DNA of 64,000 nucleotides from an uncultured Spirochaetota bacterium (GTDB lineage: Bacteria; Spirochaetota; Spirochaetia; SZUA-6; Fen-1364): NCBI GenBank assembly GCA_963710335.1, contig CAVQAA010000010.1, positions 286,923 through 350,922 on the forward strand. Reading direction: 5' to 3'. This document shows positions 46,120-55,566 of this stretch, in pieces. Under the pieces are notes generated by a model. It searched no databases. It saw nothing but the letters and a program-made list of their open reading frames with translations, and was not told the origin of the DNA. A program made the position numbers and the translations under genes. Positions within the stretch are counted from its first letter, which is position 1. Each line of letters begins with the position of its first letter.

Positions 46120-47193
46120 ATGGGATGGAAAACGCCGGTCAATACGATATATCCTGCCGGCGTGGAGCCCCAGGCGGAGCAGACAGTACTGGTGAACGGC
46201 GGGGCGCGCGCGGCTTCGATTGAAACGGGCCGTCCGCTCCTGTTCGGGCTCATGTCCGCGGGGATCTATATTCCGTCAGCGTGCGGAGGCCGGGGCTCCT
46301 GCGGGCAGTGCAGGGTCCGTGTCAGCGCCGGCGCGCCCCCTCACAACGAGGTCGAACGCTCGCTGATTAGCGAAAAGGATCGCCATGGCGGCTTCCATCT
46401 CTCCTGCCAGGTCAAGGTCACCGACAGTCTCTCCATCGAGATTCCGCCCAGGCACTTTGCGGCTCGCCAGTACAGAGCGCGCGTCTCAGGACTTCGTGAC
46501 CTCACGGGAGACATCAGGGAAGTGACGCTGCAGCTGACCCATCCTGAGGAGCTTGTTTTTGTCGCGGGCCAGTACATCCAGGTTTTCCTCCCCGGCACGG
46601 AATCCACCCCTGAGCCGCTGTACCGGGCCTACTCCATGGCTTCCCCGCCCTCGTCGCCCCGCCGCCTGACCCTGATTGTGCGGCGCGAGCCCGGGGGTGT
46701 TGTTTCCCCGTACATCTGCGATAGACTTCGGGAAGGAGAGGAGCTGGCCGTCCGCGGGCCGTTCGGCGATTTCCGCCTGAGCGACAGCGCCCGGGAGATC
46801 CTGTTCGTTGCAGGCGGGTCCGGACTGGCTCCCGTGAGGAGCATGCTGTTGACCATGGCGGAGAAAGCGCGGCAGACTTCCCTCTCGGCGCGCAAGGCCA
46901 CTCTCTATTTCTCCGCACGCTCGAAAAAGGACCTGTTTCTCATGGATGAGCTTCACGCCCTTGAGGGGGTCCTGCCATTTCGTTTCGTCCCGGCGCTTTC
47001 CAATCCCGCTCCCGAAGAGGCCTGGGACGGGCAGAGGGGCGGAATCACGGCCGTCCTCAACCGGGGCCTGGACAGGCTGGTGGATCAGGAGGCATACCTG
47101 TGCGGGAGCGCGGGAATGATCGATGCCTCCATCCGGGTCCTTCGGGCCAAGGGGCTTCCCGACCAGAGGATTTTCTTCGACAAGTTTCTGTGA
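46120..47193 (+). CDS. 2Fe-2S/FAD/NAD(P) oxidoreductase (NqrF/oxygenase-reductase-like, soluble)
   Basis: SACGGRGSCGQC, LSCQ, GQY, RAYSMAS, GPFG, AGGSGLAP, YLCG, FFDKF. Confidence 0.88.
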   Translation: MGWKTPVNTIYPAGVEPQAEQTVLVNGGARAASIETGRPLLFGLMSAGIYIPSACGGRGSCGQCRVRVSAGAPPHNEVERSLISEKDRHGGFHLSCQVKVTDSLSIEIPPRHFAARQYRARVSGLRDLTGDIREVTLQLTHPEELVFVAGQYIQVFLPGTESTPEPLYRAYSMASPPSSPRRLTLIVRREPGGVVSPYICDRLREGEELAVRGPFGDFRLSDSAREILFVAGGSGLAPVRSMLLTMAEKARQTSLSARKATLYFSARSKKDLFLMDELHALEGVLPFRFVPALSNPAPEEAWDGQRGGITAVLNRGLDRLVDQEAYLCGSAGMIDASIRVLRAKGLPDQRIFFDKFL

Positions 47194-47210
47194 GGCGGCG
47201 AAAGTTTACT

Positions 47211-47238
47211 TTGACACACGCCGCGCATACTTTATAAT
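47211..47238 (+). promoter_or_regulatory. Consensus sigma70 promoter
   Basis: TTGACA-N16-TATAAT, followed by SD AGGAGGAGGAGG. Confidence 0.8.
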
Positions 47239-47272
47239 TGACCGAGGATCATGCAGGAGGAGGAGGCTAGAC

Positions 47273-48037
47273 ATGGCTGTACATCTGTATCTGTCTATGA
47301 TTCCGGAAGCTCTGATCGCCTCGATGCTCCCGCCGCTTGATTTCGGAGTTTATTACGCGGTGGGCACGGAAAAGAAGTCTCGAGGCCAGGCGCAGTTCTT
47401 CAGCGTTGACAGGAACTTCCCCAGCGACTACTTCCCGCTCTCGGAGATCGAGTCGCGCTGCGTGCCCCGGGCTGACGGACAGCCCAAGCACTCGGTCTAC
47501 CTCTCCGTGTACCGTGTGTTGGAGCATGTTCCCATCAAGGCAATCGGAAACCTCTATCTGGCCACGCGGGACGGCCGCGTGCTGGAGATTGCCCCGTCGA
47601 AGAGCCTGCCCTCTTTCTCCAGGGAATACCGCATGTACCAGGAGATCTGCCCGGTCATGCCGCGCGTGGTGAGCAGCCTGGATCCGCGCGAGTTTGCCAC
47701 ATTCATGACGGATCCCAAGCGAAGCATCCACGTGCCCGTCATTTTCTTCGCGGAGCTGGGCCTCGGGGAGCTTGCCAAAGACCCTGAGAACGGCAGCACG
47801 AAGAACCTCCCGTACAGCTCCATTGAGCACCTTCGGGGCTGCGTGAAAGAGCTGGGCACCCAGCCGCACAAGAGCACAAAGACCGTGGACCGCATCCCGC
47901 CGGTGGATTTCCCTTACCGCACGGTCCAGGACGGCTTCTACCTCGGCAACGGCAAGGAGCTCGTGTACTATCCCATGCCCTCCGAGCAGGAGCTGCAGAC
48001 CACTCACTATATCTGGTGGAGATCGGCTTCACTCTGA
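47273..48037 (+). CDS. Hypothetical protein with two internal repeats
   Basis: Strong promoter and SD. MAVHLYLSMIPEALIASML...WWRSASL. Typical codon usage. Confidence 0.85.
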   Translation: MAVHLYLSMIPEALIASMLPPLDFGVYYAVGTEKKSRGQAQFFSVDRNFPSDYFPLSEIESRCVPRADGQPKHSVYLSVYRVLEHVPIKAIGNLYLATRDGRVLEIAPSKSLPSFSREYRMYQEICPVMPRVVSSLDPREFATFMTDPKRSIHVPVIFFAELGLGELAKDPENGSTKNLPYSSIEHLRGCVKELGTQPHKSTKTVDRIPPVDFPYRTVQDGFYLGNGKELVYYPMPSEQELQTTHYIWWRSASL

Positions 48038-48070
48038 AAGGGGAGGGAGCGCGGGCACGCTCCAGGGGCA

Positions 48071-49249
48071 ATGAAGGAAGAGCTGGCGCTCTTCGGCGGC
48101 GAAAAAACGGCTCATGATCCTTTTCCCCCATGGCCGCAGTTCGCCGAGAAGACCTTGACGGAAGCCCTGGAGCCGCTGCGCACGGGGCGGGTGGGGTACT
48201 GGTCCGGCGGCCGCGGCCGTGAGCTGGAGGCGCGCTGGGCCCAGTGGGCAGGCGCCCGCCACGCCGTGTGCTGCGCCAGCGGGACAGCGGCGCTCCATGT
48301 CAGCCTGCTTGGCCTCGGGATCACGGACGGGGAGGTGATCGTGCCTTCCCACACGTTTGCCTCCACCGTGCTTGCCGTGGTCCACGCCGGCGCCCAGCCG
48401 GTATTCTGCGACACCTCGGAGGACGGCACCATTGACCCGCGCGCCGTGGAGCAGCTCATCACCGCGAGAACCCGGGCCGTGGTTGCGGTGCACCTCTACG
48501 GGACCGTGTGCGCAATGGATCGCCTCAAGGAGATTGCGGACCGCCGGGGGCTCAAGGTCGTCGAGGATTGCGCGCAATGCGTGGGGGGTGAGCTGAAAGG
48601 AAAAAAAGCGGGGACCCTGGGACACGCGGGCTGCTTCAGCTTCTCCCAGGGGAAGCACGTGTGCGCGGGGGAAGGCGGGATGATCGTCTGCGACGACGAG
48701 GCCACAGCCGGGGCCTGCCGGTCCCTCTGCGATTACGGAAGAGAACAGAACGCGGACGGGGACGGCGCCGCCCCGCCCCATGTGAAGGTCGGGTTCAACT
48801 ACCGCATGACCGAAATGCAGGCGGCCATCGGGCTTGCCGAGCTGGAAAGGCTGGACACCTGGAACCTCCCCCGCAGACGCGGGTATGCCAAGATCTATGA
48901 CCATGCCTTTTCCCAGCTCTACGGAGTGCGGAGCGTACCTTTCAACTCCGCGGAGAGGCGTAACGCGTACTGGAAGTACCCCCTCCAGCTGGACCTGGCA
49001 AAGCTGGCATGTGACGGGGAGGAGTTTCGCCGTTCCCTGGCAGCGGAAGGCATCCCGGAATGCGGCGCTCCGGCGCGTGAAGCTTATGACGAGCCGGCTC
49101 TCCGATCCTGGGGCCGTGGACACTGCCAGACCGCCGAGGACCTTCGGGCAAGGACCGTGCTGCTTGGTCTTCCACCCAGCTGGGAGAAGACGCACATCGA
49201 GACCTGCATCGCCGCAGTGAAAAAAGTCCTTCGAGTCTTTCGACGCTGA
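48071..49249 (+). CDS. DegT/DnrJ/EryC1/StrS PLP aminotransferase
   Basis: ASGTAALH, VPSHTF, VHLYG, EDCAQ, FSFSQGKH..GEGGM, GFNYRMTEMQAAIG. Confidence 0.92.
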   Translation: MKEELALFGGEKTAHDPFPPWPQFAEKTLTEALEPLRTGRVGYWSGGRGRELEARWAQWAGARHAVCCASGTAALHVSLLGLGITDGEVIVPSHTFASTVLAVVHAGAQPVFCDTSEDGTIDPRAVEQLITARTRAVVAVHLYGTVCAMDRLKEIADRRGLKVVEDCAQCVGGELKGKKAGTLGHAGCFSFSQGKHVCAGEGGMIVCDDEATAGACRSLCDYGREQNADGDGAAPPHVKVGFNYRMTEMQAAIGLAELERLDTWNLPRRRGYAKIYDHAFSQLYGVRSVPFNSAERRNAYWKYPLQLDLAKLACDGEEFRRSLAAEGIPECGAPAREAYDEPALRSWGRGHCQTAEDLRARTVLLGLPPSWEKTHIETCIAAVKKVLRVFRR

Positions 49250-49268
49250 AAGGAACAGGGAGAAACAC

Positions 49269-50057
49269 GTGAGGCACAAGGTCCGAGGAGTCGAGATAGA
49301 GGTAGTGCGGGCCAGGGCCGACGATGTGGCTGCGGAGATGGTTGCACCCGAGGAGCAGCTCCCGGGTGACACGGGCAGCCCTGATGATGAGCGCCCGGTG
49401 CGGGCGGCTTGCGCACGCGCCCTTGTGGAGGCGCAGGTGAGGCGGATGTCCTCCGTGGCGCTCCCCGCCTTCGGCGTTCGGCCGGGAGGCATATCGCTTG
49501 TGGCCGTCGCAAAGATCATGGTGCAGGAGGCCATACGCGTTGCCCGGGCCGGCCCTTCGAGCCTGCGCCGCATCACCCTGTGCCACCCGGATGAGCAGGG
49601 ATTCGAGACTTTCGCGCATGCTGCCAACGGCTACGTCAGGCATTTCCTTGACGTGCTGCTGTGGGGGCCTTTTCTCACGGTGGACGCAATCATCGAGGTT
49701 TCCGGCGGCATTGTCCTTGTGCAGCGCAGCAACCCTCCGCTGGGCTTCGCGCTGCCGGGCGGCTTTGTGGACTACGGAGAGACCCTTGAGGATGCGGTCC
49801 GCAGGGAGGCGCGAGAGGAAACTGACCTGGAGCTGCTGGACCTTGCCCAGCTGCATACCTATTCGGATCCGGCGCGCGACGCGCGGTTTCACACGGTGAC
49901 GACTGTCTTTACCGCCAGGGCGGATGGGACTCCGCGCGCGGGTGATGACGCCGCGGGCATCCGCGTGGCCACGCCGGCGGAGATCAAGGCGCTGAGCTTC
50001 GCCTTCGACCACGCCCAGGTCTTGAGCGACTACCTGGCCCGCAGGGAGGGGCTGTAG
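49269..50057 (+). CDS. Degenerate macro domain-NUDIX hydrolase fusion (ADP-ribose pyrophosphatase-like)
   Basis: SSVALPAFG..GG macro loop. Nudix box GGFVDYGETLEDAVRREAREETDL, YSDPARD.R.HTV, AGDDA, AFDH. Confidence 0.85.
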   Translation: MRHKVRGVEIEVVRARADDVAAEMVAPEEQLPGDTGSPDDERPVRAACARALVEAQVRRMSSVALPAFGVRPGGISLVAVAKIMVQEAIRVARAGPSSLRRITLCHPDEQGFETFAHAANGYVRHFLDVLLWGPFLTVDAIIEVSGGIVLVQRSNPPLGFALPGGFVDYGETLEDAVRREAREETDLELLDLAQLHTYSDPARDARFHTVTTVFTARADGTPRAGDDAAGIRVATPAEIKALSFAFDHAQVLSDYLARREGL

Positions 50058-50070
50058 GCCCTTTCCCTGG

Positions 50071-50715
50071 TCACTTCAGCGTGAAACGAATGGGATAGCG
50101 AAAGCGGACAGCTACCGACTGGCCGTTTGCTCGCGCAGGCGTTGTCACTACCCCCTCCAGCGCCTTGACTGCCGCCTCGGCAAAGCCGAAGCCGGGATCT
50201 TTCAGAACGACGACTTTCCGAATGACCCCGCCGCTGTCGATGTAAGCTCCACATACACGGTTGCTTCGATTCCCTGCCGGGCAGCAAGGGGCGGGTATTC
50301 GATGCGTGACAGCGCCTGCGCGGCAGGAAGAAACCCCACGTCCCGCCCCACCTTCGCGATCTCGTGAGAGGAAACCTTGCGGAGGCTCCGTGAGATGTTC
50401 TGGATGGCGCCCGCGTCCACCGTGAGGACCCCGCTGGCCGCAGCATCGGCACTCAGCGCGAGAAAATGCCTGGTCTCCCGGTAGCCTTCGTAGAAAAGTA
50501 CGGCAAGAGGTCCGGGTTTTAGCCCGACCAGCCGGGCTTCGACCGCGCTGAACTCCTTCACTTCCCAGAAAAGCTCGGTAGACTCACGGGTGTTCCGCTT
50601 CAGAAAGCTCAGCTGCAAGCTTCTGAATGATCACGGCCCACGACCTTATGGAGAAGACGACCAGGATTGCAAACACGCCCAGAATAACGGGACGCATCGT
50701 TGGATTCGACGACAT
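50071..50715 (-). pseudogene. Frameshifted TonB C-terminal-domain gene
   Basis: IEYPPLAARQGIEATVYVEL / frameshift at 50244 / IDSGGVIRKVVVLKDPGFGFAEAAVKAL..PARANGQSVAVRFRYPIRFTLK*. A signal-like N-terminus lies in another frame, with a break near 50633. Confidence 0.75.
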
Positions 50716-50844
50716 TGCGATTGCAGCGCACAACACGCCCGCCCTTACGACGGTCCGCAGTCCTATCCAGGGAGAGCACGGCTGAAGCCAGGGGCCGGCA
50801 GACGTGAGAAGACTCGACGGGCGAACCCTTCCGTTGACTCGGAT

Positions 50845-51927
50845 TCAACCCTCGTACTCGGCGCAACTGGAACGGATGGTCAGCTTAGGAGATACGAGGA
50901 TATGCTTTTTCTGCTTGTTTCCATTCGCGACTTCGAGCAGCAATTCAGCCGCCTCCCTGCCGATCTCGAATGAAGCCTGGTGAACGGTTGTCAGCGGTAT
51001 GGGATGGAGGCTTAAATCCAGGATGTCGTCAAAGCCTACGACGCTTATGTCCCCGGGAATGGAGATGCCCTCGTTCAACAGTCTCCGTATGAGGAAAACG
51101 GCCATGGAATCGTTCGCACAGAACAGCGCTGTTACCTTCTTCTGAGCAAGGGAATCCATGAGCGAGTGCGCCAGGTCTTCGAGATTCGCCGAGATCCAGA
51201 TGAGACCGGGATTTTCTTCGATACCTGCATCCCGCAGGACTGCCTTGTACCCGGCAAGGCGCTCCTGGATGGAAGTGATCTCGAGGGGAAGATAGGAGAT
51301 GAAGCCGATCTTCCGATGGTGGAGTGAAACGAGGTGCTTGACGGCCAGCACCGCGCCGTAGAAGTTATTCGTGGCAACGACGTTTGTATCGACCCACGGG
51401 ATATACCGGTCCATGAGAACGAACGGCGCTTCCTCCTCCGCCAGCTTTTCATAGAACGTATCCAGCTTGAATGGGTTTGTCGGATAGATGAGCAAACCGG
51501 CTGTGCCACTCTCAAATGCCTGGCGGACGATGGCCTGCTCGTTGCCGACATCGTTCTGCGCATCCTTGATGACAGTCAGGTAGCCACGAGCATCCAGGAC
51601 GTTCTGGACGCCTTTGAGGATATTGAAAATGATGGTGTTGCCCATCTTGCTGTTCAGCAGGTCGTAGCCCTCGTAGACGAGGTAGATGATCCGGGAATTG
51701 CTTCCGGGAGCCGTCGAGCTGACGAAACTTCCCTTGCCCCGGATCCTGTTTACGCGACCCTCGGCAACAAGCTCGTGAAGCGCCCTCTTGATGGTAATCG
51801 TGCTGACCTTGTATCTCGCTGCCAGTTCTGCCTCGCTGTCGAGCTGGTCGCCGGCCCGAAGCACCTTATCGTAGATCAGTCTCTGGATGTCGAGTTTGAT
51901 AGCTTCGTATTTGGGCGTCTTTGGCAT
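50845..51927 (-). CDS. GntR-HTH / LacI-type sugar-binding regulator (AraR-like)
   Basis: PKYEAI..SEAELAARYKVSTITIKRAL..RGKGSFV, FCAND, DISVVGFDD, LTTVHQ. Confidence 0.92.
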   Translation of the reverse strand: MPKTPKYEAIKLDIQRLIYDKVLRAGDQLDSEAELAARYKVSTITIKRALHELVAEGRVNRIRGKGSFVSSTAPGSNSRIIYLVYEGYDLLNSKMGNTIIFNILKGVQNVLDARGYLTVIKDAQNDVGNEQAIVRQAFESGTAGLLIYPTNPFKLDTFYEKLAEEEAPFVLMDRYIPWVDTNVVATNNFYGAVLAVKHLVSLHHRKIGFISYLPLEITSIQERLAGYKAVLRDAGIEENPGLIWISANLEDLAHSLMDSLAQKKVTALFCANDSMAVFLIRRLLNEGISIPGDISVVGFDDILDLSLHPIPLTTVHQASFEIGREAAELLLEVANGNKQKKHILVSPKLTIRSSCAEYEG

Positions 51928-51959
51928 TGTCTTCGCTCGGCCCTTCCAGGCCACCGGCA

Positions 51960-52270
51960 CTGAACGAATATATTCGCGTTCGCAAGTGAATATCAAGTAG
52001 CGCAAATCCGGTTGAATTGACCATATCAAAATATATTTAGCTAAAATATATATAGTAATTGATATTTTCAATACATGACTTGGAAATTGCATATGAAATT
52101 TGTTATAACTAATTGTAATATAAATAAATATATGGCAATACTCACACTGTCTTACGGCTCGTTATCCTGGTTGGCTGCTTTAAAACCCTTGTCATTAGCA
52201 ATTTGCAAAATATATACAATAACAGTTGCAAAGAATATTGTGATACTATATAATAACGCCGCAAAGTATA
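51960..52270. promoter_or_regulatory. Very AT-rich divergent promoter region
   Basis: Sharp compositional break with many TATA/ATAT tracts, including GTTATAAC and TATAAT. Confidence 0.6.
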
Positions 52271-52298
52271 GAGCGCCATTCCGGAAAGCGAGGTCTTT

Positions 52299-55200
52299 GT
52301 GGACAAGATAGCATCCCGGCTGGAGGACATTGTCTTTCGTCTCAACGCAAAGAAGAACCGGCTGCTCGCTTATGAAAACCTGAGTGATTGGGGATTGATC
52401 CGCGGCGAAGGGGAGAAGTGGAAGACTCCCCCCTCCGCGAAGGATGCCAGGGAAACGGCATCGATCCGGATCTCGTGGGCCTCCGGACAGGAAGACGTGT
52501 GGTTTGTAAAAGACGTGGTCCTTCCCGATGGCGTCGAAGGTCTGGAAACAGTCGGCGCCAGGGCGGAGTTGCTTCTGATGATGACCATAGGAGCGGAGGT
52601 CTATGTCGACAGGGCCCTGAGGATTAAGGAGCCGTACTGGGCCAGCAGCGTCCACCTTCCGGTCCTGCTCAGCGAGAAACTTTCTCCGGGAAGCCGCTTC
52701 GAGCTAGCCATTCACACTTTCAAGGGTGACGGCTTCGGGGTGTTTGCGCAGTCTCGGGTCCGAATTACTGCGGTCGACGAAGCCGCAATGGAGCTCGAAA
52801 AGTGGTGCCAGGAGCTCGTCTTTTTCTCACGTCTCATCGCCTGGAACAGGGTGCCTCGGAGGGCGGAATCGAGCTTTTCCCGCGCCCTGGAAACGATCGA
52901 TCTGCAGGGTCTCGAGCGCAACGACTGGGCGGTGTTCCGCGGATCCATGGAGAAAGCTCGCGGTGAGCTGATGCCCTTCCAGGCTGAATCAAAGAAGTTC
53001 GTGAGTTACGTTGTGGGGCATGCCCACATCGACATGAACTGGCTCTGGACGTGGGACGAGACCGTAGAGACATGCCGCAGGGACTTTTCCACGGTGGACA
53101 CGATCATGGGGGAGAACCCCGACTTTCACTTTTCGCAGAGCCAGGTGGCTGTCTACCAGGCAACCCAGGCCTCGGATGCGCAGCTGTTCTCGCGGGTACG
53201 CGAGCGGGTCAAAGGCGGCAGATGGGAGATGACTGCGGCTACGTGGGTGGAAGGAGACCTCAACATGGCTTCGGAGGAATCCCTCGTCCGCCAGATTCTC
53301 TATTCCGGGTATTACACGCAAAAGGAGCTCGGCGTCGTACCCGATATCTGCTGGGAGCCTGACACCTTCGGGCATCCGGCAACCCTCCCGCAGGTCCTCG
53401 CGAAGAGCGGCATCAAGTACTACTACTGCACCAGGGGCGGCAAGGGCGATCCCTTGTTCTGGTGGAAAGCCCCTGACGGATCGAAAGTCATGGTGTTTTG
53501 CGATCCCTACTTCTACAACGGTGAAATCAACAGCAGTGAAATCGTCAACGGAAATATCGATCTTTTCGAGCGCTACGGTCTGACAGGGAATCTCTTTGTA
53601 TACGGAGTCGGCAACCACGGCGGCGGTCCGACCCGCCACGATCTTGGGAGCGTTGTGCGTCTGAATGACGACTCCCTGCTGCCGGAGGTGCGCTGCGCAA
53701 AGGCGGCGGATTTCTTCGCGTCCGCGGACGGGGCAAAGCTGCCGGTGATCCAGGACGAGCTGAACCCGTACTGGACCGGATGCCTGACGACGCACGGTGA
53801 CGTCAAGAGAATGCATCGCCTGAACGAGATATCAGTGATTGAGGCAGAGTTCGCGTGCACGCTTGCCGCCCTGCTCGGGCACGCGTACCCGGCGCCCGCG
53901 CTCCAGGCGGCCTGGCGCGATATCTGCTTCAACCAGTTTCATGACATCGTCTGCGGCTGCGCCATCCATTCCACCTATGAGAGATCGCAGGCCGAGCTCT
54001 CTCGGGTTCTGGAAAAAACGAAAGCGATCAAAGACTCGGCTTTCGATTTCGTGGCAAGTCGAATCAAGGTCGCCGGGCGCTCGATCGCCGTTTTCAACTC
54101 GCTGAGCTGGGAACGCGTGGACCCGGTGGAGCTCGATCCTGCGCCGCTTGGGATGGCCCCGGATAAGTCGTATGTCGCGACGGGCCCCGACGGGGAGAAG
54201 AGAGCCGTTCAGATAGCTCAGGGCTCTGCCGTGTTCATGGCGAGAGTCCCTGCATGCGGCTACTCGGTCTACCGGATCGAGGAAGGGGAGGCGGCCGGAG
54301 ACTCGTATCTTTCGGCTTCGGAAAAAGATCTCGTCCTTGAAAACGAGCTCGTGCTGGTTCAGATTCATTCCGACTCGGGCGCGGTGGTCCGCCTGTACGA
54401 CAAGGTGGCGCACAGGGAGCTTGCGCCTCTTCTTCCGGACCAGAAGAGCCATCGCGAGTTCAAGGAGATCCTGGGAGATATCAATGTTCTGCAGGTCCTC
54501 ACCGAGCAGCCGCACACGATGGCGGCCTGGAACATCGGAAGCATCATGGAGGTCCGCAACCTTGTGAAGGGCTGCACCGCGCGGCTGGTGGAGAGCGGGC
54601 CGGTGCGCGCAGTGATCCGGACAACGCGCACTTACAAGTCGTCTGCAATCACCCAGGACATCATCCTGCACGCGGGCGGCAGGCGGATCGACTTTAAGAC
54701 GGTCGTCGACTGGCAGGATCCGGGAAACGCAATCGAAGGGATGCCGATGCTCCGCGCCTCCTTCACGCCGAAGCTCGCCGGTACCCGGGCGACATTCGAG
54801 ATTCCATTCGGAAGCATTGTTCGAAATGCAGACGGCCAGGAAATGCCAGCGCTCCGTTGGGTCGACATTTCTGAAGAAGACTACGGTGTGAGCATCCTGA
54901 ACAACTGCAAATACGGACACAGCGTCGAGGGGAATACCATCAGGCTCACCCTGCTGCGCTGCTCCTATGAGCCCGATACGCGGTCTGACATCGGAGGCCA
55001 CGAGTTCACGTATTCGCTGTACCCGCACCAAGGCGACGCTCACCGGGCCCTGGTATTCAGAAAAGCGCGCGAGCTGAACCATCCCCTTCACCCCCTCGCG
55101 GCGCACGGTACAGCAGAGGTGCTGCCCGCAAGCCTGAGCATGCTGAGACTAGAGCCGGAAAACATGATGCTGACCACCACAAAGGCAACGGAAGCCGGGT

Positions 55201-55448
55201 GGGAAAAGCTCAGCCAGAGAACCGACGCCGCCCGGTTCGAGATGACCCTCAGGGCGTTCGAGACCGCCGGCAGGATGACGACCTGCACGATCCAGCTTCC
55301 GTGGAAGACGATCGAGGCATGGGAAGTCGATATGCGGGAAAATGAGCAACGGAAGCTCACGGTGGGCAAATCAGGCATCGTACGCTTCACTGCGGCTCCG
55401 TACGAGATCAAGACCCTCAAGCTTCTCGTTGAGAGAGGCTCCCTGTGA
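52299..55448 (+). CDS. GH38 alpha-mannosidase
   Basis: GHAHIDMNWLW, WVEGD, WEPDTFGH, YGVGNHGGGP, NQFHDI, FEIPFG, LNNCKYG, LTLLR. Confidence 0.93.
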   Translation: MDKIASRLEDIVFRLNAKKNRLLAYENLSDWGLIRGEGEKWKTPPSAKDARETASIRISWASGQEDVWFVKDVVLPDGVEGLETVGARAELLLMMTIGAEVYVDRALRIKEPYWASSVHLPVLLSEKLSPGSRFELAIHTFKGDGFGVFAQSRVRITAVDEAAMELEKWCQELVFFSRLIAWNRVPRRAESSFSRALETIDLQGLERNDWAVFRGSMEKARGELMPFQAESKKFVSYVVGHAHIDMNWLWTWDETVETCRRDFSTVDTIMGENPDFHFSQSQVAVYQATQASDAQLFSRVRERVKGGRWEMTAATWVEGDLNMASEESLVRQILYSGYYTQKELGVVPDICWEPDTFGHPATLPQVLAKSGIKYYYCTRGGKGDPLFWWKAPDGSKVMVFCDPYFYNGEINSSEIVNGNIDLFERYGLTGNLFVYGVGNHGGGPTRHDLGSVVRLNDDSLLPEVRCAKAADFFASADGAKLPVIQDELNPYWTGCLTTHGDVKRMHRLNEISVIEAEFACTLAALLGHAYPAPALQAAWRDICFNQFHDIVCGCAIHSTYERSQAELSRVLEKTKAIKDSAFDFVASRIKVAGRSIAVFNSLSWERVDPVELDPAPLGMAPDKSYVATGPDGEKRAVQIAQGSAVFMARVPACGYSVYRIEEGEAAGDSYLSASEKDLVLENELVLVQIHSDSGAVVRLYDKVAHRELAPLLPDQKSHREFKEILGDINVLQVLTEQPHTMAAWNIGSIMEVRNLVKGCTARLVESGPVRAVIRTTRTYKSSAITQDIILHAGGRRIDFKTVVDWQDPGNAIEGMPMLRASFTPKLAGTRATFEIPFGSIVRNADGQEMPALRWVDISEEDYGVSILNNCKYGHSVEGNTIRLTLLRCSYEPDTRSDIGGHEFTYSLYPHQGDAHRALVFRKARELNHPLHPLAAHGTAEVLPASLSMLRLEPENMMLTTTKATEAGWEKLSQRTDAARFEMTLRAFETAGRMTTCTIQLPWKTIEAWEVDMRENEQRKLTVGKSGIVRFTAAPYEIKTLKLLVERGSL

Positions 55449-55566
55449 AGAACAGAGAAATGCAGGTCTTCCCGCGGAAGGGAGGTGAAAGATATCAGGA
55501 CAGGAAGGGCCTGCGCGGCGTGGAGTTGATCGAGAAAAGAAACACCTGAATGGAGGAGGCAACGCT

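Noticed and set aside
51930-52092. 55-aa N-terminal extension of the GntR ORF, and small ORFs at 52075-52345
   Set aside because: These are translations of AT-rich promoter DNA. The HTH begins at ATG 51927.
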